In this document: in pieces, positions 35,653 to 45,638 of the stretch
Layout: every line of letters starts with the position of its first letter
How positions within the stretch are numbered: the stretch's first letter is position 1
IMG/VR virus record: IMGVR_UViG_3300028887_000006
From: an uncultured virus (IMG/VR IMGVR_UViG_3300028887_000006)
Taxonomy: Duplodnaviria > Heunggongvirae > Uroviricota > Caudoviricetes
Length of the DNA stretch: 64,000 bases
Direction: 5' to 3' (one strand)
The notes under the pieces: generated by a model
What the model was told of the DNA's origin: nothing
Database searches by the model: none
Seen by the model: the letters and a program-made list of their open reading frames with translations, nothing else
Made by a program: the position numbers and the translations under genes

Positions 35653-36060
35653 ATGATTGAAAAATTAAAACGACTTTTAAGGAAAGAAAGAGATTCTGGT
35701 TTTACCATAAGCGAGCCAGTCAGTATTGGGGAAATGCAAGAAAAAATCAACGAACTTGTAGATGCTGTTAATGAAATAATGACTTGGCGGTTTGAAACAG
35801 ATGAAGATTCTGATTGGTATGATGACCCAAAATACAGAGAACAACCAACAGACCCTTATGCCGAACAACGCAAGTGGCGTGGCAAGTTGTGTAAATTCTG
35901 GGATGATAGTGATAAACCAGAAAATTGTGTATATGATGTATTATGCAACATTTTTGACCTACATCACGAAGATTGTCCGTTTCAATGTGGAAATGGGGAG
36001 TGGTATGAATATTGCGAACCAGTAAAACCAACAGATTCAATAATTTACAAAGGAGAATAA
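35653..36060 (+). CDS. Hypothetical modular protein
   Basis: MIEKL...KINELVDAVN N-module. Confidence 0.65.
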   Translation: MIEKLKRLLRKERDSGFTISEPVSIGEMQEKINELVDAVNEIMTWRFETDEDSDWYDDPKYREQPTDPYAEQRKWRGKLCKFWDDSDKPENCVYDVLCNIFDLHHEDCPFQCGNGEWYEYCEPVKPTDSIIYKGE

Positions 36061-36061
36061 A

Positions 36062-36364
36062 ATGTGGGATTTTTGGGAAGATGTGGCATTACCATTTATA
36101 TTAGTGGCTTTTGGAATTATATTTGTGATATTTACTATATATGGCTCTGCAAGCGGAATACAGGCATTATTAGAATCAAAAGAGTGCAAGGTATGGGGTG
36201 GTAAATACGCAATATCAACAGGATGTTTAATGAAAATTGACAACAAACTTATCACATTAAATGATTATCAAAGGATAAGTGTTGCAAGTATAACCAAACC
36301 TATTGAAACAAACGCAAATGTAAATGTAAACATTAAACGAACCAAAGGTGGCGATAATGATTGA
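36062..36364 (+). CDS. Membrane-anchored protein
   Basis: N-terminal TM helix, Cys pair. Confidence 0.65.
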   Translation: MWDFWEDVALPFILVAFGIIFVIFTIYGSASGIQALLESKECKVWGGKYAISTGCLMKIDNKLITLNDYQRISVASITKPIETNANVNVNIKRTKGGDND

Positions 36365-36758
36365 AAAATTACCAGAAATACAAATACATAGTTGTGCTAA
36401 AATAAACGAAAAACTGAACGAAGTCATAGATTGGGTGAATGATGTGTCCGCACTTCGTGTCACAGATAAACAAGTCACAGCAAATCTGCCAAACATAGAT
36501 TTGGGCGAACTTGCGTTTTTATCAAAAGAAAACACCGAACTGAAAGACGAAATAGAACGCACACGCAAGGCATTGGATGTCGCTGTTGATAAGTTAAAAC
36601 AGATAGATAAAACTCGTTCTGGTGTAAAAGAAAATCTACACGCAACAAACGGTAGAACATTAAATGCTGGAAACATATTCTGTTGGACAACACCAGACGA
36701 CATACACAATACACTAGAACAAATAACAGCACAGAAAAGGGAGAATGACAATGAGTGA
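36357..36758 (+). CDS. Hypothetical modular protein
   Basis: MIEKL...KLNEVIDWVN plus RTRKALDVA module. Confidence 0.65.
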   Translation: MIEKLPEIQIHSCAKINEKLNEVIDWVNDVSALRVTDKQVTANLPNIDLGELAFLSKENTELKDEIERTRKALDVAVDKLKQIDKTRSGVKENLHATNGRTLNAGNIFCWTTPDDIHNTLEQITAQKRENDNE

Positions 36759-36981
36759 TTATTGGTATAAACAACAAGAACGATATAAAGCGGCATTGGT
36801 GTTGATTAGAAATTTGCGTGGTGCAGGTATGTCCTATCACGATATGTGTATAGAATCACGAGAAATTGCAAAGTGGGCATTAGACCCAAACTACAAACCA
36901 TTGTTGGTTGGTAGATATAGCAAAGATGACCAAGAATTATTTGATGTATTAAGACAAACACAAGGTGAAGACAATGACTAA
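36751..36981 (+). CDS. Hypothetical protein
   Basis: Coupled ORF with SD. Confidence 0.6.
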   Translation: MSDYWYKQQERYKAALVLIRNLRGAGMSYHDMCIESREIAKWALDPNYKPLLVGRYSKDDQELFDVLRQTQGEDND

Positions 36982-37297
36982 TCTTAAATGTCCGTTTTGC
37001 GGGTGCGAATTAGAAGATGCACAAATACACTCTTCGGGGTTGTATTTTGAGTGCCCAAATTGCTATGCCAAACAAAAAGAAAAAGACGATAACTACACAG
37101 CGACACCAAAGGTTTGGCAAGAACTTATACGAACACGCAAGGCATTGGATGTTGCGACAGGGTTTATTAAAGGAATATCACAAACAGTAATAAATGATTG
37201 TGATAATCAGTATGTTGTGTTGGGCAATTTTAAGAAATTCGCAGAAGACACTTTAAACCAAATCAAAACAGCACTAGAACAAAAGGATGTAAAATGA
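36974..37297 (+). CDS. Lar-like zinc-ribbon protein with RTRKALDVA module
   Basis: LKCPFCG...CPNC; its 3' end is the junction repeat. Confidence 0.65.
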   Translation: MTNLKCPFCGCELEDAQIHSSGLYFECPNCYAKQKEKDDNYTATPKVWQELIRTRKALDVATGFIKGISQTVINDCDNQYVVLGNFKKFAEDTLNQIKTALEQKDVK

Positions 37298-37298
37298 A
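37186..37298 (+). repeat. Direct repeat copy 2
   Basis: Identical to 1-113; identity ends just after the ATG of the next gene. Confidence 0.97.
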
Positions 37299-37644
37299 CG
37301 ACAAACCAATTATAAATAATTCAGCCAATGATTTTTCCGTTCGTATGAGCATTAGACGAACCGATATAGATAAACAAATCGAGATATTGCATGGGCAAAT
37401 AAATCTTTTGAACACACAGGGCATTATAACAGCAGAAACAGAAGAGTTGTTGTGGAATCAACTGCGAGAAGTTATAGTTTGCAAAAACAAAATAGAATCT
37501 GACTATTACGATATGCGTAATACGCTGGAACGACAAGAACACAACAAAGAAACTGCATCGTCTGCTCTTCGTGAAATTGGCAAAGAAGATTCAACCTCAG
37601 GATTTAAAGCAAGAAACGCACTCAACGCAATAACGGGAGAATGA
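37294..37644 (+). CDS. Hypothetical coiled-coil protein (first phage B-specific gene)
   Basis: Starts at the repeat end. Confidence 0.65.
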   Translation: MNDKPIINNSANDFSVRMSIRRTDIDKQIEILHGQINLLNTQGIITAETEELLWNQLREVIVCKNKIESDYYDMRNTLERQEHNKETASSALREIGKEDSTSGFKARNALNAITGE

Positions 37645-37835
37645 CGATGTATGAAAAATCTAAAACCAAACGAACAATAGAATGGTGTTGGAATCATTGT
37701 AAATCTTTTGAGTTAGATGGACATATCTTAAACTGTGCAAGGTTAGGTGCTAGAATAAATCTTAAAGCAGACGGATGTATCACTCTTGAAGACATGGAAC
37801 GATTAAAAGATAAAAAAGTATTTTACTTCAAATAA
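37641..37835 (+). CDS. Hypothetical protein
   Basis: Coupled ORF with SD. Confidence 0.55.
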   Translation: MTMYEKSKTKRTIEWCWNHCKSFELDGHILNCARLGARINLKADGCITLEDMERLKDKKVFYFK

Positions 37836-37844
37836 GGACACAAA

Positions 37845-38069
37845 ATGACAGAACTACAGCGAGAATTTCAAGCGCACAACCCTAGGCTCTGCTATATAGA
37901 CCATAGGTATATCGGTAACAGGCAGGTCGGAATATCGTTCATCGCCCTTGTCGGCAGTAGCGTTATGGGGGGTGTGCGGATATATAACATCGTTGACGGT
38001 AACATAGATTGGAAGAACCCCGGGAAGACATACGATTCTTGGAGCAACATACAACAAAGGAGTAGATGA
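37845..38069 (+). CDS. Hypothetical protein
   Basis: SD aagga. Confidence 0.55.
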   Translation: MTELQREFQAHNPRLCYIDHRYIGNRQVGISFIALVGSSVMGGVRIYNIVDGNIDWKNPGKTYDSWSNIQQRSR

Positions 38070-38437
38070 TGGTAAAACAAGTTGGTGGTTTTGAGATACC
38101 TTTATATAAGCACGGGGTTAAAGTTTTTGTTGGATTGCCAGACGATGTGCCGCCGCAACACGCAGCACACACAGATGACTTTCCTGACAAGCAACTAGTG
38201 CATATTTATATTAAAGACCCTGACGATTTTTATATTGGTTATGCTATGCACGAATGTATTCACGCAGCAGATTTTATACTGTATTCGATTGGTGCAAATA
38301 TGGGGTGCGCCCCAGACGATAGCGAAGTCAGAGCATATCTTGCAGAATATATTTATAACAAGGTTGCACAGGCACTTGGGTATCTTAAATATAAACCATG
38401 GAAACTAAACAAAAAGGATAAAAAATGCGTAAAATAA
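38066..38437 (+). CDS. HEXXH zincin-like phage protein
   Basis: MHECIHAA...SEVRAYL; homologue of 505..870. Confidence 0.65.
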   Translation: MMVKQVGGFEIPLYKHGVKVFVGLPDDVPPQHAAHTDDFPDKQLVHIYIKDPDDFYIGYAMHECIHAADFILYSIGANMGCAPDDSEVRAYLAEYIYNKVAQALGYLKYKPWKLNKKDKKCVK

Positions 38438-38619
38438 TACTATCGCAAGACGGTTGTAGCCGTTGTAAAACACTGGCGGAACAATGCCCAGATGCAGAAG
38501 TCGTGATACTTGAACCAACAACTCTGCTGACACTGGCTCGTGCTTTGGACATACAGTCTTTACCGATTGTTGTTTTATCAGACCCAAACCCACAGGAACT
38601 GGCGGAGAAACTGAAATGA
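38425..38619 (+). CDS. Glutaredoxin-like CxxC protein
   Basis: GCSRC...IQSLPIV; homologue of 30907..31098. Confidence 0.7.
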   Translation: MRKIILSQDGCSRCKTLAEQCPDAEVVILEPTTLLTLARALDIQSLPIVVLSDPNPQELAEKLK

Positions 38620-38725
38620 AAGAGCCAACAGAAGAGCAACTGGCACAAATCAAACGCTGGCATAAGAAAAATGTCAAGGGGTGCAAGACATGTGGAGATA
38701 AATGCTTGATACAAAAGGAAGAAAA

Positions 38726-38917
38726 ATGAACAAAGTAATAATAGTTCGGTGCGTGCGGTGTCTTAAACCGTATAATATAAACTTCGCAGGCGAGATGGAA
38801 TATACGCCACAATGCCCGCATTGTAAATGCTACGGTATGAAATTCGAAGAAATACAGGCACTGCAACCAGAAATCGAAGAAAAATTAAAAAAATTTGATT
38901 TACAAAATATAAATTAA
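38726..38917 (+). CDS. Small zinc-ribbon protein
   Basis: CVRC...CPHC. Confidence 0.55.
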   Translation: MNKVIIVRCVRCLKPYNINFAGEMEYTPQCPHCKCYGMKFEEIQALQPEIEEKLKKFDLQNIN

Positions 38918-38945
38918 ATGCTACCCTAAAGGAAAGGAGAGTAAT

Positions 38946-39392
38946 ATGAATTTGTCTTTTAAACACATTGCTATCTTCGGGCAAGTTAAGGTGGATATTA
39001 ACGCTCTTGATTGTAACTTATCAAATTATATAACACTTTTAGACCTTTATAAAAATGGATGGTGGGCTACAGATAGATTCGGAACAATCGTTACTCTCGT
39101 TAAACCAAGAAGCAATTTAAAAGACGGATTCTGTTGTGTTTGCCGTAGAATATCTACCAATGTCAATCTAGATACTCTCGACATGCTTACAAAACAAATT
39201 GCAGATGTTAAATACGAACAATACAAACAATACTTGCAATCAAAAAAATATCGTGATAAAATCAAAAAATCAAAGGAACAATGTAATGTTAATAATTTGC
39301 CCACATTGTCAAAAAGAAATAAACACAAGCATAACAACATATTACTCTCGACACAGGGAAGAAATCCTAGCAAAATATCAGGAAAAAATTAA
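38946..39392 (+). CDS. Hypothetical protein
   Basis: SD aaggag. Confidence 0.55.
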   Translation: MNLSFKHIAIFGQVKVDINALDCNLSNYITLLDLYKNGWWATDRFGTIVTLVKPRSNLKDGFCCVCRRISTNVNLDTLDMLTKQIADVKYEQYKQYLQSKKYRDKIKKSKEQCNVNNLPTLSKRNKHKHNNILLSTQGRNPSKISGKN

Positions 39393-39474
39393 AGACCCTG
39401 AATTTGCCGCTAAAAGAAGAGAAATTGCATTAAAATCATACCATAAGAGAAAGCAACAATGGAAGAACCAATAA
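39286..39474 (+). CDS. Small basic protein (MLIICPHCQK...)
   Basis: SD aagga; YYSRHREEIL motif. Confidence 0.5.
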   Translation: MLIICPHCQKEINTSITTYYSRHREEILAKYQEKIKDPEFAAKRREIALKSYHKRKQQWKNQ

Positions 39475-39887
39475 CTATTGAACAGGAAAAGAAAGCCGTT
39501 AAGACCATACAGAAATGGGCTGGGGCTGGCAAAGATGCTTATCGCACTGTTCAAAAAATAGAATCTGCCAAGTTGCATGGGGAAGTTGTGGAACTAACCA
39601 AGAAAGAAAAAACCGCTCTAGTATCAGGAGCAGTAAAATTATTTCTAGATGGCGATGTGTCTGCCAAGACACGCAAGTTGCTTTCTGATAATGGTTTAGA
39701 CCCTGATAATCTACGCAAATCTATTGTTGAAGCTACAATGCCACAGACATTAGCAAAGATTATCACAGAAGGCGATATTGAAAGACTGGTTGCACTCGGG
39801 CAGTTGGCTGGGGAAAAACCAGAGAGCGACCTGCCAGTTGGTGCAAAGAAAATAACAAGAGAACGAGTAACCATAGAGATTGAATAA
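39459..39887 (+). CDS. Possible terminase small subunit
   Basis: Helical protein with a C-terminal beta strand VTIEIE, upstream of terL. Confidence 0.4.
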   Translation: MEEPITIEQEKKAVKTIQKWAGAGKDAYRTVQKIESAKLHGEVVELTKKEKTALVSGAVKLFLDGDVSAKTRKLLSDNGLDPDNLRKSIVEATMPQTLAKIITEGDIERLVALGQLAGEKPESDLPVGAKKITRERVTIEIE

Positions 39888-40483
39888 TGAAGATTTTAAA
39901 TTTATATGCTGGTATAGGTGGCAATCGTATGCTTTGGGGCGACGAACATGAAATAACCGCTGTGGAATATATACCCGAAGTTGCTGCAATCTATCAGCAC
40001 TTGTTTCCAAAAGATGAAGTTGTTATTGCAGATGCACACGAATATTTGCGTAAGCATTTTCGTGAGTTTGATTTTATTTGGGCAAGTCCACCATGTCCAA
40101 CACATAGCGTTTTACAAATGACACGCTATTACGATGAAGATTTGAAGTATCCTGATATGACACTCTACCAAGAGATTATTTGGTTGCAATCCTTCTTCAA
40201 AGGCAAGTGGTGCATAGAAAACGTTAAACCATATTACAAACCACTGATAACACCAACATTCACAATGGAACGTCATTGCTATTGGGCATCTGATTTTATC
40301 ATGACACAAGATAGCACCGATTGTGCATATACCGATATCAGAGATGATGTGCGTGCTATGGAAAAGTTTTACGGTCTTGACCTAAAAGAGTTCTATGGCA
40401 CGACAGATATTCGTAAATGCCTGCGCAATATGGTTAAACCTGAAGATGGCAAGTTTATATTTGAACAATTAACAAAAAGATAA
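39887..40483 (+). CDS. Short DNA cytosine methyltransferase
   Basis: LNLYAGIGG, WASPPC, IENV. Confidence 0.85.
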   Translation: MKILNLYAGIGGNRMLWGDEHEITAVEYIPEVAAIYQHLFPKDEVVIADAHEYLRKHFREFDFIWASPPCPTHSVLQMTRYYDEDLKYPDMTLYQEIIWLQSFFKGKWCIENVKPYYKPLITPTFTMERHCYWASDFIMTQDSTDCAYTDIRDDVRAMEKFYGLDLKEFYGTTDIRKCLRNMVKPEDGKFIFEQLTKR

Positions 40484-40488
40484 TTAAA

Positions 40489-40752
40489 ATGGGAAGTGTA
40501 TACGAAAAAGATGGAATTTGTATAAGAAAACAATTAGTTTGTGCTAGGTTGCTTAATCTTGAAAGCAACGATGATGTTTTTTATTATCAAGGTTATGACA
40601 GAGTTACAAACTTATTTATTGATGTTACAGCGGAAAGAACCACCTGCCCAGAAGATAAAAAGATTATTGAACATATTGTAACAGAATTTACAAAATGTCG
40701 CAAACAATTTGTAGAAAGCACAAAAAAGAGAAAGGAATTATTTAACAAATGA
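40489..40752 (+). CDS. Hypothetical protein
   Basis: ORF coupled to terL. Confidence 0.55.
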   Translation: MGSVYEKDGICIRKQLVCARLLNLESNDDVFYYQGYDRVTNLFIDVTAERTTCPEDKKIIEHIVTEFTKCRKQFVESTKKRKELFNK

Positions 40753-42176
40753 AACTATCGCTTGATAAAATTTTAGAGAATTGTCCTAAAAAGTTGTTAA
40801 AACTTTATCCGCAGATTATCGAACGCATACAGCTTTATCAAGATACGCCTGAATATTTATGGAACGAACTCGAACCGTTGATTATACTTATTCCAGGTTC
40901 TCGTGGTTCTGGAAAGTCAGAATGGGCGCAACGAGCATCTATTGCAGGTATATATGATGGCTATATTAGCACAGTAAAATATGCTACCATGACCGAAAAC
41001 GGATTAAATGGCTCTAAGGATGCTTTTGAACGCCTTGCACCAGAATCTATTGGAACAGGTGCAAACACTTCCAAACGTGAACCTATGCACCGCTTTATTT
41101 ACACTGGTCGCATTGACTTCGACTTCTTTGGCAAAAACGATATTAAGAACGAACAGAAAAAGTACGATGTGCTTATCTGTGAAGAAGTAGAAAAATGGGA
41201 TAAGATACAGGGTGTTGCTGCGTTGGAAACTGAAGTTCGACACTGTAAAGTGATTATCTTGATTTCCAATAACCCACCACAATCAGTTGTGGACTTCTGC
41301 AAGACCCACAATGCTCTGGTAGTTCGTGTTGATTGGTGGGAAAACACAGCCTTACCTGCTCACATTAGAGAATCTTATGAACGTGCTAAGATAGAATCCC
41401 CAGTTTATTATACTCGTTTTATTATGTGCCAAAATGATACAGATGCAGCACCATGGTTCGATAATACAGGCGTAGAGAACTTTTTCTCACGCAAATACGA
41501 AGACCTTGCGCCAGACGAAACAATTACAAATAATGTCGTGCTTTCCATTGACGTTGGTGCTGGTTATGGGGATGAATCTGTTATTGCGAAAGTTAGCAAG
41601 AACCGATATGGTGCAATACTAGTGGAAGTTGAAGGTAAGTACCAACTTGAATCGCCACAACTGGTTGTAAAAGTAGCCCAAGCACGTGCAAAAACTAGTG
41701 CTATTGGGGAAATATGGGATGCGAATGGTATTGGGTTAACAGCTATGCAACAACGTGCGCCAGACCCACGTTCTCGTACTGCTCTTGGTGTTGTTGGCTT
41801 TTATGGCAACAGTCCTGCTTTAACTGGGGGAAATACTATATTCAATCAACGCACAGAAGCTTATGCTTTTTGGCAGAAGATGATAAATCAAAATCAATGT
41901 TGGTTTGTTGGTAATCCGTCTTACATAGACCAGATAAAACGTGAAATGTATGCTCAGGTATATGCGACCCCAGAACAAAGTAAAGGAATGTTACGCTTAG
42001 CAGAAAAGAAAGAAATTAAAAAGAATCTTAATGGCGAATCTCCTAATATCGCAGATGCTATTGCATATGGAATACATAGAATAATGACATATGAACCACG
42101 TGATGAGCCAACGGTTAATGCCTATAAGCAAGCCGGCATAATCAAATCAAACAACATTATGAAAAAATGGTTTTAA
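40749..42176 (+). CDS. terL: Terminase large subunit (phage B)
   Basis: GSRGSGKS, LICEE, SIDVG..GDES, WDANGIG, SPNIADA. Confidence 0.9.
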   Translation: MKLSLDKILENCPKKLLKLYPQIIERIQLYQDTPEYLWNELEPLIILIPGSRGSGKSEWAQRASIAGIYDGYISTVKYATMTENGLNGSKDAFERLAPESIGTGANTSKREPMHRFIYTGRIDFDFFGKNDIKNEQKKYDVLICEEVEKWDKIQGVAALETEVRHCKVIILISNNPPQSVVDFCKTHNALVVRVDWWENTALPAHIRESYERAKIESPVYYTRFIMCQNDTDAAPWFDNTGVENFFSRKYEDLAPDETITNNVVLSIDVGAGYGDESVIAKVSKNRYGAILVEVEGKYQLESPQLVVKVAQARAKTSAIGEIWDANGIGLTAMQQRAPDPRSRTALGVVGFYGNSPALTGGNTIFNQRTEAYAFWQKMINQNQCWFVGNPSYIDQIKREMYAQVYATPEQSKGMLRLAEKKEIKKNLNGESPNIADAIAYGIHRIMTYEPRDEPTVNAYKQAGIIKSNNIMKKWF

Positions 42177-42177
42177 C

Positions 42178-42600
42178 ATGTTCTTTCACAAAGATACGCC
42201 TTACAAAGAAATACAAAACTGGATAGCAATTCAACTTCCTGCTGTATATCAAGCATCTAAAAACGGTTTAGATATTGAAATCAAACCACATAAAAACAAA
42301 CGTAGCAACGAACAAAACCGCTTTTTAATGGCTATTATTGTCGCAATTCTGCGTTTCTATAACCAAACTGGTTTTATGCCCAAAGGCTGTCGACCATGGA
42401 TGATGCGGTCAGATATTCTAAAAGAATACTGGAAAGCTCGCTATGGAGTTGTTAATACGCATTGTTTAGATACGGTAGCTTTTACAAAGTTTATTGATTT
42501 TATACAATTAACAATGGTAGAAGAAACAGGCGGAGAATGGGAAGTACTTCAACCTGATTCGGCTTACTTGAAATCCCTTGTAGAAGATGCAGGCATATAA
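42178..42600 (+). CDS. NinB/YbcN-like recombination protein
   Basis: KRSNEQNRFL...FTKFID. Confidence 0.6.
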   Translation: MFFHKDTPYKEIQNWIAIQLPAVYQASKNGLDIEIKPHKNKRSNEQNRFLMAIIVAILRFYNQTGFMPKGCRPWMMRSDILKEYWKARYGVVNTHCLDTVAFTKFIDFIQLTMVEETGGEWEVLQPDSAYLKSLVEDAGI

Positions 42601-42610
42601 TAAAAAACTA

Positions 42611-42639
42611 TTGCTTTTTATTTTTTGTCTTGTTATCTT
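42611..42639 (+). promoter_or_regulatory. Promoter TTGCTT-17-TGnTATCTT
   Basis: Sequence, upstream of the portal operon. Confidence 0.45.
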
Positions 42640-42661
42640 TCTATTAACGAAAGGATTGATT

Positions 42662-43018
42662 ATGGGTGTTCATATTGGCGGTTGGGTCGGTGAAAGATTA
42701 GAAGCAGTAGAACACGGCGCCAGCAAAGTGGCAGATTTTGCACTCGATGTTGGTGGCTGGGCTATGGGTGCTACAACTGGATATAATCCACGTGCAGAAT
42801 ATAAGGCTCAAAAAACTCAAAGACAAGCATTGGAATCTCAGCAACGTGCTTATGCAGAACAATCGGCAGAAATTGCTAGACAGAAGAAGATTCAACAAGA
42901 GCAACAACGTAGAGAAAATATGCAACTCATGAACAGCATTTCAAACCTTACAAACACTTCATATGGTGGTGTTTCTTCCCCATCTATTGACTACGATAAA
43001 TATGGAGATTTAGGATAA
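42662..43018 (+). CDS. Small virion protein upstream of the portal
   Basis: SD aagga; Gln-rich helix; ends LG like T7-type pre-portal genes. Confidence 0.6.
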   Translation: MGVHIGGWVGERLEAVEHGASKVADFALDVGGWAMGATTGYNPRAEYKAQKTQRQALESQQRAYAEQSAEIARQKKIQQEQQRRENMQLMNSISNLTNTSYGGVSSPSIDYDKYGDLG

Positions 43019-44607
43019 TGAATATACAAGATATTGAAACTAGATTTTCTAAAGCACAAGCAGATAAAGATGTTTGGGATTCTCTCTATCAATCTGTGTT
43101 CCGTATGACGATGCCTAATCGTGATTCGTTCTACATAGACGAAAACATCCCAAATAACTGGGAAAATACACGTCTGTTAACCAATGTTGGTTGTGAAGCA
43201 GCAGATAACTTTGCTTCTCGTTTTCAACGTATTATCTGTTCAGATGGGCAGACAATAGCAAGTGTACAAGCACCTGACTTTGGCGGGTTTGAAGATTCTG
43301 CAGACCAACGTGCTTTTGATGCTAATGTATCTAAGTCAATAAATCGTTGTTTGATTCAAAACTTAGGCAATTATCTTGAATCTGCTTACGATTTAGTCGC
43401 AGGCACAACAGTATGTTTTCGTACATTTGATATGCTTTCTCGCAGATTTTATCGTGTGCCAGTGCCAATCAAAGACGTGGCTCTCACAAAAGGGTTTACT
43501 GGCGAAACAGATGGCTATTATCGTGTATTAAAAATCAAACGTGAAGAACTTCCTGCAACATTTGTAGAATTGGAAGGCCGTACAACGTTTAATGGTGTTC
43601 CTACAACTAAAAGCAATGCGTGTGATATTCTTGAATTGCATGAATCTACAATCTACAACTACGAAGATGGTTTGTGGCATTATTACGTAACTTTGGGCCA
43701 AGAATTGTTAATTGACCGTTCGGCTGAATTCTGCGATTTCGGTTCTGACTTCTGGACAAGAAAGCCGGGTTCTGTTTATGGAATTGGCGTTGGTGTTAAA
43801 GCGTTGCCAGAATTAAATCAACTTAACGCACTTAGATACTATTCTACGTTTGGTTTAATGTTCCGTGCTGCGCCAATGTGGTTAGTAAATCAAAACCATC
43901 AGCTTGACTATGACCGTTTGGAAATGAAGCCAATGGAATTGATACCAGTGGAATCCACAGGCAAAGACAATCCATCGTTGACACCGTTAATGTTGGGCGA
44001 TGACCCGAATGTTCAACAGTGGAATCAGACACAGATGGAAATGAATATTAAGTCTGTTATGTTGGCGGAAACAATTCCAAATCAAACAAACCAAAGAATG
44101 ACAGCAACAGAAATCGCTGCTAGAACAAACAGATTGAATACCGTATCTAACAATATGGTTTCTGTAGCACAACATATGATTGAAGCCGATGTTCGCTGGT
44201 TGCTGTGGAAGTTCCAAGAAATACCGGGCTTTTACCCTGAAAGCTTCCCGATCAAACAGTATGTTGAAAACTGCCGTATAACACTGGCTTCAACAGAAGT
44301 AAAAGATACAGAACAGATTCAAGCCATCGCAACAATGATTGATATGTTTAATGTTGCAGCACAAGACGGTTCATTAACAGCATCGGCATTGAATAAACCA
44401 AAATATGCTAATCGTTTGGCTGAATTGTTGCGTGTAGATGAAGATATTGTATTGCCAGAAGGAGAAATCTCTAGCAATATGCAGGCGATGGCACAAGCAC
44501 AACAAGAAGCAGAAATAGCTAAACAACGTGCGCAATTCGCTCGTGAAATAGCAGTTGAAGCTTATAAAAACGGGCAAATGCCTGGCAACATGGGATTACC
44601 AGAATAA
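43018..44607 (+). CDS. Portal / head-to-tail connector (T7 gp8-like)
   Basis: W..KPGSVYGIG...ALPEL..LN, MTATEI..R. Confidence 0.9.
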   Translation: MNIQDIETRFSKAQADKDVWDSLYQSVFRMTMPNRDSFYIDENIPNNWENTRLLTNVGCEAADNFASRFQRIICSDGQTIASVQAPDFGGFEDSADQRAFDANVSKSINRCLIQNLGNYLESAYDLVAGTTVCFRTFDMLSRRFYRVPVPIKDVALTKGFTGETDGYYRVLKIKREELPATFVELEGRTTFNGVPTTKSNACDILELHESTIYNYEDGLWHYYVTLGQELLIDRSAEFCDFGSDFWTRKPGSVYGIGVGVKALPELNQLNALRYYSTFGLMFRAAPMWLVNQNHQLDYDRLEMKPMELIPVESTGKDNPSLTPLMLGDDPNVQQWNQTQMEMNIKSVMLAETIPNQTNQRMTATEIAARTNRLNTVSNNMVSVAQHMIEADVRWLLWKFQEIPGFYPESFPIKQYVENCRITLASTEVKDTEQIQAIATMIDMFNVAAQDGSLTASALNKPKYANRLAELLRVDEDIVLPEGEISSNMQAMAQAQQEAEIAKQRAQFAREIAVEAYKNGQMPGNMGLPE

Positions 44608-44628
44608 CAAAGCAACAAAAGGTAAAAC

Positions 44629-44880
44629 ATGATAGAAACAGAAGAACACTTGAGAGAACGCAACATGATTGCGGCTTCTCTCGGTCAAGACATAGTTCTT
44701 GAACAACTTAGAAAATTCCGTGAACAGTTTATATCTCAAATGAAAATTATGGTCGTTACGTCAAACGACCCTAATGGAATTAACCTGCATAGATACCTTG
44801 GCAGATTGGAAGCTATAGATTTTCTTATCTCAAAAGGCGAAGATGCAATTAAACCACAAAGCAACAAAAAGGATAAGTAA
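44629..44880 (+). CDS. Small post-portal protein
   Basis: Position and SD. Confidence 0.6.
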   Translation: MIETEEHLRERNMIAASLGQDIVLEQLRKFREQFISQMKIMVVTSNDPNGINLHRYLGRLEAIDFLISKGEDAIKPQSNKKDK

Positions 44881-45638
44881 TGGCAGACATCGAAGAAAAA
44901 GACTTAAAAGACCAAACTCCACCGGCAGACACCCCACCAGCAGATGAATTGGCTGAATTCAAAAACTCTGATGGCGATTTCGATGCTGATAAAATCAAAA
45001 AATTGGTCGAAGATAAAAAATATTATCGTTCACAAATTTCTAAACTGAAACAAACACCAGAAAAGGTCGAAGAATATGGCAAAAACTTCGTCTTAGACAG
45101 CAAGTTCGATGAATTCGTATCTAATGAAGACAACAAAAAGAAAATCGACACTGTGTTCGAAAAACTGGACAAGCTGTGTTTAGAAAAAGGTATGTCCGTA
45201 GAACGCAATAATGACATGCGTAGATTTGTCTTAGACGAATTGGTTGCGAGCAAAGCTATTGACCTTACGCCTTTGGCACAGAAAGAAGAAATGGCAAAGA
45301 AGATTGTTTCTGAACGCAATACTGCTGTTCAAGAAGCTATTGGCGAAGTATCAGATATTAACGCATGGAACACAAATGTCTTGGCATGGCTTAAAGGTTT
45401 CTGTAATTCAGAAGCCGAATACGAAATGCACAAAAAGCTATTCGAAACAAACTCTCTGTGGGCTTTATCATTGAATAAGATACGTCAAGCACAGATGGGA
45501 AATCGTATTCCAGTAATTCAACCAGAAGCAAATTATTCAGAAGCAGAATGGCAAAGAGTATTTACAAAAGCAGATAGGGAAACCCAGGACAAAATGTTAC
45601 TCGAAAGAGCAAAAAAAATGACCGAAGGTAAAAAATAA
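44880..45638 (+). CDS. Probable scaffolding protein
   Basis: Acidic Pro-rich N-terminus, TPEKVEEY, helical; position. Confidence 0.6.
   Translation: MADIEEKDLKDQTPPADTPPADELAEFKNSDGDFDADKIKKLVEDKKYYRSQISKLKQTPEKVEEYGKNFVLDSKFDEFVSNEDNKKKIDTVFEKLDKLCLEKGMSVERNNDMRRFVLDELVASKAIDLTPLAQKEEMAKKIVSERNTAVQEAIGEVSDINAWNTNVLAWLKGFCNSEAEYEMHKKLFETNSLWALSLNKIRQAQMGNRIPVIQPEANYSEAEWQRVFTKADRETQDKMLLERAKKMTEGKK

Larger units (their letters stand above)
1..37298. mobile_element. Phage A, apparently complete circularly permuted podovirus-like genome (unit 37,185 bp)
   Basis: Full packaging, head, tail and lysis set on the minus strand and early/replication genes on the plus strand; exact repeat 1-113 = 37186-37298 closes the circle at a gene junction. 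Confidence 0.85.
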
